Shown here: positions 34,501 to 44,312 of the stretch, in pieces
Layout: every line of letters starts with the position of its first letter
How positions within the stretch are numbered: the first letter of the stretch is position 1
Assembly (NCBI GenBank): GCA_002269645.1
Contig: NIVC01003937.1
Coordinates: forward strand, 1 to 44,312
Source of the DNA: Macrostomum lignano
Lineage: Eukaryota
Length of the DNA stretch: 44,312 bases
Direction of reading: 5' to 3'
Notes under the pieces: model-generated
What the model was told of the DNA's origin: nothing
Database searches by the model: none
What the model saw: only the letters and a program-made list of their open reading frames with translations
Program-made: the position numbers and the translations under genes

Positions 34501-37500
34501 AACTGTTGCGACTCTACAGAAAACCACTTGCACTGTTTGGAATGCCTGCTAGACTGTGGCGATCTTCCGAGGCAGCATGCTAAAACTGAATATTCAAATG
34601 AAGTGCAAGAAGTTCTGGTCTGTCCAGAATCTGTTTCTGAGATCGAACCACCCGATACGGTAACTGGTGGTGAGCAGCCTGATTTAAGTGCCGAGCAGGA
34701 TGTCACGTTTGAGAAAGTTCAGTTCAGAGATGAGCCAACAGAACCAAGTACTAGTGAGATGAGAACAGGATTTGTAATAGAAGAGCCAACTGACGCCTTA
34801 GAAGACACGTCGGTACATGGAAACTGTTGCGACTCTAAAGAAAAAGCCAACCAAGAAGCACTTGAGGATGACCACTTGCACTGTTTGGAATGCCTGTTAG
34901 ACTGTGGCGATCTTCCAATTAAGCATGCTAAAACTGAATATTCAAATGAAGTGCAAGAAGTTCTGGTCTGTCCAGAATCTGTTTCTGAGATCGAAGTACC
35001 CGACACGATAACTGCTGGTAAGCAGCCTGATTTAAGTGCCGAGCAGGATGTCACGTTTGAGAAAGTTCAGTTCAGTGATGAGCCAACAGAACCAAGTACT
35101 AGTGAGGTGAGAACAGGATTCGTAATAGAAGAATCCAATGAACCACTTGACTCTGATGTGGACCTAAAGCTTTTAGGAGGCCATAGGAATGCTGAGACTC
35201 CTGGTGTAGATCAGGATATTGATGAGCCGCAAGTTGAGGTGACTGTTGTAGATGCTAGATTGAAGACGTTGATTCCTGATAGTGAGTTCCAAGCAGCTAG
35301 TGAAAACTCTGACACGCTCACTGACATGCTCACTCAATGCGAAGACGCCACAGAAGTCGTTCATGGACCTCGAGATAGACAGACTCCGGTCAACGACAAG
35401 AAACTTGGTGGCATTGACGCACTGGACAGCTCGCTGCAGGCCATACAAGGAGACTATGAGCGACCAGTTCATCGCGATGCATCAGTTGCTCTTGCTAAAG
35501 ACCAAGAGGAACGACCAGAGATACTCGACGAAATCTCGCATCATCTTGTTCCATCCAACGAGATAGAGCAGGTATCAGTTGCTAAAGATGAGGGTCAGCT
35601 AAAAATCGAAGATGGAGACCGCGATGACGAGTCGAGACTTGAACAACTGGCCTCGGCTCTGTCAGTAGACAACTTCGCAGACACGTCGGTACATGGAAAC
35701 TGTTGCGACTCTAAAGAAAAAGCCAACCAAGAAGCACTTGAGAATGACCACTTGCACTGTTTGGAATGCCTGTTAGACTGTGGTGATCTTCGGAGTAAGC
35801 ATGCTAAAATCGAAGATTCAAATGAAGTGCAAGAAGTTCTGGTCTGTCCAGAAACTGTTTCTGAGATCGAACCAGTTGGTAAGAAGCCTGATTTAAATGC
35901 TGAGCAGGATGTCACGTTTGAGAAAGTTCAGTTCAAAGATGAGCCAACGGAACCGAGTACTATTGAGATAAGAACAGGATTAGTACTAGAAGAGTCAACT
36001 GACGCCTTAGAAGACCCGTCGGTGCATGGAAACTTTTGCGATTCTACCGATACAGAAAAAGCCAATCAGGAAGCACCTGATGATGAACACCTGCACTGTT
36101 TGGAATGCCTGTTAGACTGTGGCGATCTTCCGAGGCAGCATGCTAAAGCAGAAGAATCAAACGAAGTTCAGGAAGTTCTGGTCTGTCCAGAAACTGTTTC
36201 TGAGATCGAACTAGCTGGTGAGCAGCCTGATTTAAGTGCTGAGCAGGATGTCACGTTTGAGAAAGTTCAGTTCAGAGATAAGCCAACGGAACCGAGTACT
36301 AGTGAGGTGAAAACAGAATCCGTTATAGAAGAGACAACTGACACCTTTGCAGACACGTCGGTACATGGAAACTTTTACGATTCTAACGGCACAGAAAAAG
36401 CCAATCAAGAAGCACCTGATGATGAACACCTGCACTGTTTGGAATGCCTGTTAGACTGTGGCGATCTTCCGAGGCAGCATGCTAAAGCAGAAGAATCAAA
36501 CGAAGTTCAGGAAGTTCTGGTCTGTCCAGAATCTGTTTCTGAGATCGAACTAGCTGGTGAGCAGCCTGATTTTAGTGCTGAGCAGGATGTCACGTTTGAG
36601 AAAGTTCAGTTCAGAGATAAGCCAACGGAACCGAGTACTAGTGAGGTGAGAACAGAATCCGTTATAGAAGAGACAACTGACACCTTTGCAGACACGTCGG
36701 TACATGGAAACTTTTACGATTCTAACGGCACAGAAAAAGCCAATCAAGAAGCACCTGATGATGAACACCTGCACAGTTTGGAATGCCTGTTAGACTGTGG
36801 CGATCTTCCGAGGCAGCATGCTAAAGCAGAAGAATCAAACGAAGTTCAGGAAGTTCTGGTCTGTCCAGAATCTGTTTCTGAGATCGAACTAGCTGGTGAG
36901 CAGCCTGATTTTAGTGCTGAGCAGGATGTCACGTTTGAGAAAGTTCAGTTCAGAGATAAGCCAACGGAACCGAGTACTAGTGAGGTGAGAACAGAATCCG
37001 TTATAGAAGAGACAACTGACACCTTTGCAGACACGTCGGTACATGGAAACTTTTACGATTCTAACGGCACAGAAAAAGCCAATCAAGAAGCACCTGATGA
37101 TGAACACCTGCACAGTTTGGAATGCCTGTTAGACTGTGGCGATCTTCCGATTAAGCATGCTAAAACTGAAGAATCAATAACTGCTGGTGAGCAGCCTGAT
37201 ATTGGTGCCGAGCAGGATCTCACGTTTGAGAAAGTTCAGTTCAGAGATGAGCCAACGCAACCAAGTACTACTTATGTGAGAACAGGATTCGTAATAGAAG
37301 AATCCAATGAACCACTTGACTCTGATGTGGACCTAAAGCTTTTAGGAGGCCATAGGAATGCTGAGACTCCTGATGCAGATCTGGATATTGATGAGCCGAA
37401 AGTTGAGGTGACTGTTGTTGATGCTAGATTGAAGACGTTGATTCCTGATAGTGAGTTCCAAGCAGCTAGTGAAAACTCTGTCACGCTCACTGACATGCTC

Positions 37501-40500
37501 ACTCAATGCGAAGACGCCACAGAAGTCGTTCATGGACCTCGAGATAGACAGACTCCGGTCAACGACAAGAAACTTGGTGGCATCGACGCACTGGACAGCT
37601 CGCTGCAGGCCGTACAAGGAGACTATGAGCGACCAGTTCATCGCGATGCATCAGTTGCTCTTGTTGAAAAACAAGGGGGACGACCAGAGATACTCGACGA
37701 AATCTCGCATCATCTTGTTCCATCCAGCGAAATCGAGCAGGTATCAGTTGCTGATTGGCGGCTAAAAATCGAAGATGGAGACCGCGATGACGAGTCGAGA
37801 CTTGAACAACTGGCCTCGGCTCTGTCAGTAGACAACTTCGCAGACACGTCGGTACATGGAAACTGTTGCAACTCTAAAGAAAAAGCCAACCAAGAAGCAC
37901 TTGAAGATGACCACTTGCACTGTTTGGAATGCCTGTTAGACTGTGGTGATCTTCGGAGTAAGCATGCTAAAATCGAAGATTCAAATGAAGTGCAAGAAGT
38001 TCTGGTCTGTCCAGAAACTGTTTCTGAGATCGAACCAGTTGGTAAGAAGCCTGATTTAAATGCTGAGCAGGATGTCACGTTTGAGAAAGTTCAGTTCAAA
38101 GATGAGCCAACGGAACCGAGTACTAGTGAGGTGAGAACAGGATTCGTACTAGAAGAGTCAACTGGCACCTTCGCAGACACGTCGGTACGTGAAAACTGTA
38201 GCGACTCTAAAGAAAAAGCAAGCCAAGAAGCACTTAAGGATGACCATTTGCACTGTCTGGAATGCCTGTTGGACTGTGGCGATCTTCCAATTCAATGTCT
38301 TCACGATGATCGTAAGACCGAAATTAAGGAAGAGGAATTTAATGACAGAGTCCTAATTAACAATCCAAGAACTTTACAGCGGAATGAAGCAGAAAATGAG
38401 TTCGGGATTCAGACAGAAGTATCCGTAGAATCAGTCGTCAGCTTTCTTGACGCGGACGATTTCACGATGGAACAGAGGCGCTCTGCATCGGATAAGGAAC
38501 ACCTGAAAGTTTCAGCAGGCCAAACTGAGGTCACTCCCGAGGCTGAAGAGACACTTGATTCCGTAGTCAGTCTACTTGCCACTGAAGATCTGTTGCTAGA
38601 AAAAGCTGATGATCAACTTCCTGAAGTAGTGGATGGTGTAGAAGTTTCTGTTCCGAAAAAAGAACCTGTCAACAGGAGCGCAGATGGGAAAGAGTCTTTA
38701 CAGGTGGATGAAATTGTGTGCCTTCTTGATCACAACGACCTATCTACTCAACACGGTGACGATCAGATCTGCAGCTTGAAGCACACAACCTTGAAACCTT
38801 CAGATTCCGATTTTATGATCGAGAAGAGTCTGGATATTGCGCAGCAAACAATTGAGTCTGAAAATTACAAACAGGAAATGGTTGAAAGTGTAGAAACGTC
38901 GCAGCCACTCAGCGATACAACTGACTCAAAAATCCGCTATTCTGCATCAGTTGATATGGAAGCTAACTTTGTTGCTGGTAAGAGTGAAGCGGTTAGTGTT
39001 CCAACACCGGAGGGTAATGTCTCAGAAGCCAGTTTAAATTTAGGCTCCAGGGCTGACAGACAAGAGTTGATCAAGCTATCAAGCAACGACTTGGAGTCAC
39101 TGTTTGAAATCGCATCGGATTTTGATATCAGACACATTAGATCGCGACTAAGTCCCATTGAAGAATTCGATTCCAGAGTCGCTGTGGAAGAGGAAAGGGT
39201 CGATTGCACTTTTAGCAACGAAAGCAATAATCGTAAAACTTTTGTCGAACTTCCCTGCAACTACACTGGAAGCGCAGAAGCTCTGACATCAGTGCTTTTG
39301 GATACACTTAACTGTGAGCAGGAAGTGGAGCACCCGGAATCAAGCTCATATTCGTCGTCGAGAACTACCGGCCAACACGCAGAGACTCTGGCTAAATTAG
39401 CTGAGTCGCTTGAAGCAACTGAGACAGTAGATGACACTCCGGTAAATGTTGGCAGTTGTGCAGTCTTTAGTACTAGAGATGAGACATCAAAAGCACTCGA
39501 CAAGGTTTTAGACTCGATGCAGAGTCTTCTACCAGAGGAAGACACTGAAGAAGTGGCCGCTCCGGCTGGCTCTTATTTAGTGGACAATCCAGACCCCGAC
39601 GCCGCTGCTCAGCTGCTCAGTAACCTGGCTGATGCTATGGATGACTCATCTGAGAAGCCGGTTCCGCCAGATAGGGCTCTATGCAAATGTGACTCTGGCA
39701 GGTTTGTTCTTGAGGAAGCCGCAGCTCAGCTGGAGAGCTTTCTAGACGATAGCGACATCGTGCTGCCATCAAAATCAAGTGATGCTCTCGTTGACCCGGT
39801 TTTCGATGAAGAGCAAGTACAGCCACCACAAGGAGCTGCGGACGGCGCACCCCCAGCGTTTGATCTTGGTCACAGGAGTCCAGAAGACAGGAGCCCCCCT
39901 GAACCAATGGGTGTCGTGGGACAGTTTGAACCGCCAAGTCTCACTACCCTGCCAGACTTTGGGCTTGACGAGGACATCGAGACCAGAGACGAGTCGAAGG
40001 TGAAAGAAGAGGATCAAACTAAAGATCGGCTGCAGGAAGCCGCGGAGCTGCCTGGTGCAGTCCAAGGTTCCAGCGATTACGAAGCAGAAAAGGCCGGAGA
40101 ATCAGGGGCAGCATCACCAGAACAATCTTCTGGCTGCATCGATTTAGCAACAACCGGTCAGGCTTCACCAGCAGTCCCGCCCGAGTTCGTTATTGTTGCC
40201 GATTCTGAGGGGCCATCAACCGCTAAAGGAGAAGCGGCTGCAGTCCAGCTTGGCATGCAGTTAGGCATCGGCGATCCCGATGCCACGACCAGCGGTAGGC
40301 GCTCTCCGATGTGGATGCCACCACAGCCGCCGAGATCGCCGACTGCGATGTCCCGACTTGAGCTAGAGCTTTTGGACCGGTCCGTGTTTTTCCCACGAGT
40401 TCGCAGCGCCGAAGACGTTGGATCTTCGTCTGACAGCGCCGGCCAGCAGGAGGAGGTCAGCAAGGACAGTGACGGGGACGACGATGACAGCTGGGTCGAT

Positions 40501-43500
40501 CCGCATGAGTATCGGCCCAGCAAGCGGTCGCACTACAATCCGATTGTGCCTCGGCTCGACCTCGGCGACCTCAGCCGATCCTTGTCCTGTGAGGCCAATA
40601 TTGACAGCGCCGGAAGTGACGAACCAGCAACTCCGATGGCACCGCGAGCTCCACCGGCAGCTGTACGGGAGCTCGCGGCCGCCGCTGCAGCCGCTGCCGC
40701 TGCGAGAACGCCTCGGGTGCCTCCTCAACGACAGGCCTCGCAGCCTCATCCAATTTTGCATCAAAATCCGCGTAATCTGGAGCAGCAGCAACAGCAGCAG
40801 CAACAGCAGAAGCCGCCGATGTCAGCGCCACCTGGGCCCAAGTTTGGTGGCTATGGGGCACCGAACTGGGGCAATGTGATCCAAGAGCTAAAAGGAAAGC
40901 CACGACCGGAGCCAGTGCGCGCCTATCAACCCACCTGGTCGTCTGGGGAGCCTACAAAGCGAACGTCGGCCTTTGCGTCACAGGGCAGGCAGCAAATAGA
41001 GACAGCCATCAGCCAGCTGCGGCCCCGCCCGAGCTCCTTGCATGTGGCTCAGAGGGTCGGGCAGCCCTTGCAGCAGCAGCAGCGGACTCTCTCACCCGGT
41101 CCGCAGTCTTCACAGTTGCAGGATCTGCTACCGCCGCCAACCCTGCCGAAGCCCAAATGCCCGACCAGGCCGCATCCAATGGCGGCTGCCAGTAAAAGGT
41201 AAATTTTCTAATTGCACTGGGTCCTAGATATTCCTAGATACCCTCAGTACCCCTAGTGCGAGCATGCTTCCCTTTAGTGTATGGGAGTTTCCATCACCGC
41301 GCGTGACCGCATGCTGTTTCCTGGAAAATCCCAGAATAGGCTTTTGTTTCAACCGAATAAACTTGGCCCTCCATTCCGGTCTCCGCATGACTCCGGGTCG
41401 GACGAGCTCTGGCCGGGAAATAGGGGGGGGGGCTAAAAATAGTCTTTGAGGCAGCGAACTCGGCTTCTGCTTCAAGCTGCGCAAAAACTGAAAGCAATAT
41501 GAAAGTTTGCTTTTCTGCTTCTTCAAGGCCACGGAGCACTGATCAGAGGCAGCGGGTTATTCCGCAATAAAAAGCGACTATGAATTTCCTCGAGTCCTGG
41601 CCGCAGAAGCAGCAAGCAGACGGAGTCACGCGCTCACTGAGCACTCTGCCGTAGAAAGACTTCCCTTAGTGGTTTTTTAAGCTTCAGCTGTAGCTGAATG
41701 AGACATCTTAGAAGCATCTTGTCAAATTAATTAAAATGTAGTCTGAGTTCACTGACCCAGAGGTTGAGTCCAGTTAGAAGCATCAATAGAAAAAATTTCT
41801 CCTTTTTGCCTGAGCTGAGTGGCAGCTGCAATATTAAACTATGAACTCAGCCATGAGCTTATAATGGTTCTTTCCAGCAGACAAGCGCTGCCCGAGGTCA
41901 TGTCTGAGGCTCCCACCGAGTCAGGCGCCATCGTACAAATGAGACAGCAGCGCTCCGACTCGAGCCGCGATGAGCCGGACCAAATCGCTGAGAAGCCTGT
42001 CGGCGATTCTGAGAACCAGCCAGCCGAGGCTGACCAGCCGCAGCTGCAGGATGTTCAGGAACGCGCTAAAGTACTCGAAGCTGAACAATCTGGGATCACG
42101 GAGAGGGAAGCGTCTCAATCGGATGAAAATAAATCAGCTGTCTCAGCGGGTGAGCTCAGTCTCGTCTCTCAGCCAGCCACCACTGATGCTGAGCTGGCAG
42201 TTATCCAAGCTTCTGCTGTGAGCAACGAGCTGCCATCAATTACAGCTGAGCCAGAAGCAACTGGCAAAATGCAGGAGCTGGTGTCTGCTGCACCCGCAGC
42301 TGAAGTATCTTCAGACTTACCTGTTAGTGTCGCGTTATCGGAGGGCGCAGCAACTTCCACACACGGGATTGAGCCACAAGCGGCTGCTGACTGTGCGGCA
42401 ACAGCAGAGGAAGGCCGCCAACGGCCGAGGAGGAGCTGCAGGCCCTCGCAGAGCTGCTCTCGGTGGAGCCGCAGGAGGCCAAAACGATCTCAGACGCGCT
42501 GGCCGGCAGAGGGAAGCAGCCGAAATCCGAGGAGGAGAAACTCTTCGAACGGCTGGACAAGACGGAGGGACTGTCTGAGGAGGAGCTGGTGAAGGTGGCC
42601 CAGCTGATGAACATGGACCAGGAGACTGCCAAGGCCGTGGCTCGGTTCCTCATCACTCAGCAACCTGGCGATGATGAAGCCGAAGACGAGGAAACCGAAG
42701 CGGACACCGAGAACCTGGATGAGACTGACACCACTGTGGACACCGAGTGGGAGCGACTGCAGCAGCGGTACTTCGACGACCCGGACGAGTTCCGGTTTGT
42801 GCGACCTCTCCGCGACGCTGCCGGTACGCGCGATGGCGCCGAGTCGAACGTCAGCCGAGGCTCCTCCGGTGCCACTGGTAGCGACATTCGGCAACGAATG
42901 CGCGAATTCGGCGACCTTCTGCTCGGCTTCGACAACCCCATTTCCGACGACGCCTCGGTCGGTGACGACGCCACCTCGGAGCGCAGCTTCGACGTTGATT
43001 CGATGCGCTTCCGCTTTGAGCGGCTAATGAGCTTCTCCGACAGAGCCTCGGTTGTTTCATCGGACCGGACGAGCCTCGCGCCCTCATCTGCTAGCGGGAC
43101 GCACCGACGACGTCGCGTGGGAGCCAGAAGCGTCTCGAGAACATCCTCTCAGGCCAGCAGTCTCGCCCCATCTGCTGCTGTCGCTGCAGCCAACGCTGCG
43201 GTCTCGTCTGGAGAGACGCCCGCACCGGTGCAGGCAGTTGGCCGGCCTGTGCGGCGTGCCCAGTCGGACGCTCTGCGCAATGCGTCCCAGCTGCAGCAGA
43301 TCGTCCAGATCAAGCGCATGATCGAGCGCCGTCGCCAGCAGCAGTCTCAGGCAGCGCCGACATCAGCTGCCGACAGTCAGGAATCGCCGACAGAGCATTC
43401 AACCTCTGCCGCCCAACACCGCATTTCAGAAGACAACCGACCGCCAGCGGCCTATCGCCCGGGTTCACCGTCGCCTCCTTCACTGCCGCCTCCGACTGTG

Positions 43501-43763
43501 TTTGTTGAAGAGACGCCCTCGGACGATGGCGCGGATGCTGTCGAGGCCTTCAAGAAGCCGACACCAGTCGCTGAGGATTCTGCAACCAACACTGCGGAAG
43601 TTATGCCGAAGGAGGAGCTGGCGACGGAGTCTTCGTCCCAGCAGCCGCCGGCTGGCGAGATTCGCCTGTCGGTGTCCCCGGCCGCAGGAGGTGCCCTGAC
43701 GGTACACGTGATTGAGTGCCGCGGCCTCCGAGTTGGTGATGCCAGAAAATCTCGGACCGACAG
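30516..43763 (+). CDS. Giant synaptotagmin-like protein (Slp/Rab27-effector family: SHD1-Zn finger-SHD2...C2A), 3' end outside the window, at least 3761 aa
   Basis: Exons: 30516-30664, 30764-30985, 31412-31551, 31720-32016, 32203-32277, 32684-41198, 41878-43763 (1-nt frameshift near 42413). Phases all match. HFLTDQEKETVVEVLQRNEKIRKHE (SHD1); CxxC...CxxCxxxVCxxC...CxxC (FYVE-like); KIGNW (SHD2-like); GEIRLSV...LTVHVIECRGL...KSRTD (start of C2A). No YVK-containing next exon was found in the window. Confidence 0.82.
32684..41198 (+). CDS. Slp giant exon (8515 nt, ~2838 aa): acidic, repeat-built, Pro/Gln-rich C-terminal end
   Basis: CTAAC-type branch and TTCCAG acceptor at 32683; AG|GTAAAT donor at 41199; uninterrupted ORF (track 32548-41202). 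Confidence 0.88.
33937..38290 (+). repeat. Coding higher-order repeat: A units (~333-348 nt) x9 and B units (~530 nt) x3, order B-A-A-B-A-A-A-A-A-B-A-A(partial)
   Basis: HLH(C/S)LECLLDCGDL motifs start at 34525, 34873, 35749, 36088, 36427, 36766, 37105, 37912 and 38245. B units start near 33937, 35137 and 37306. All length differences preserve the frame. Confidence 0.92.
41878..43763 (+). CDS. Slp exon 7: acidic/Ser-rich linker and first strands of the C2A domain
   Basis: NAGNAG acceptor (41877/41880), both phase 2; frame shifts by -1 near 42413; AG|GTGAGC donor at 43764. Confidence 0.75.
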
Positions 43764-44312
43764 GTGAGCAAGGAACCGGGATGTTTTTTTTCAGAAAAAA
43801 ATAACTCAGGAAAAAGTTTTGCAGGACAAACAGCTTCGCTGGCGACAGACTAACATAAGAATGACAAATTGCTGCAGCCGGTGCGGCAGTTTCAGCTGAC
43901 TGATACTAAGCCCCCCACTCCCTGTCGGACTCAAGCGGATGTGCTCATCGATTTGCCGCTAAGCCCGCAGCTTATGCGGAGTCGCTACACGAGCGACTGT
44001 CATGATTGACCCGCAGCCACTCTGCCGAATAAATTTATGAGTTCCGGATACCCGCTCGGCCCTGGCAGCGCTCCAAGTGCGTTTGCGAGCGTCTGCTCCT
44101 TGGCTCGCCCATAGGGTTCGCCTGCAGATAAAATAACTTTAATTAATCGAACTCCAAATAACTGAAGCCAACTGCAGCACCAGGGGCTGGAGAGAGTGCG
44201 AGAGAGGACGGGGCCTGTTAGCCGACAATTTCTTTCCGAGTGACAGTTGAAGCAGAAGAGAAGCGCCTGTTTTAGGCTTCTCATGTGAGCCTGGCCAGGG
44301 AGTTTCAGAGAG

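Overview
Eukaryotic (metazoan) genomic DNA, not prokaryotic: GT-AG introns, GC3-rich exons and introns filled with mini/microsatellites. This texture suggests a Macrostomum-type flatworm (inference, unverified). From left to right the window holds: (1) a 32-bp tandem array; (2) a young APE-RT-RNaseH non-LTR retrotransposon (R1/LOA-like, minus strand, 1352-6158) with a perfect 13-bp TSD and an overlapping TAATG ORF1-stop/ORF2-start junction; (3) a coiled-coil + NHL-repeat ORF (minus strand), with a possible hidden multi-exon unit just upstream; (4) a 22-exon, ~3510-aa polycystin-1-family gene (10051-28135: signal peptide, WSC, PKD-like repeats, REJ, GAIN/GPS, PLAT, polycystin channel), whose introns carry seven different tandem arrays and a truncated RTE-type LINE; (5) the 5' part of a giant synaptotagmin-like (Slp/Rab27-effector) gene (30516 to beyond the window end) with an 8.5-kb exon built from hierarchical repeats carrying an HxHCxxCxxxC motif I do not recognise. 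All exon models were assembled by hand from splice signals and phase continuity; no database search was run. Five reading-frame breaks are each repaired by adding one G to a G-run, which points to consensus error. The best leads are the inverted GACA/TGTC arrays bracketing an in-frame 14-exon block of the polycystin gene (circRNA or loop-out geometry), the TAATG coupling of the LINE, and the Cys/His repeat of the giant Slp exon.
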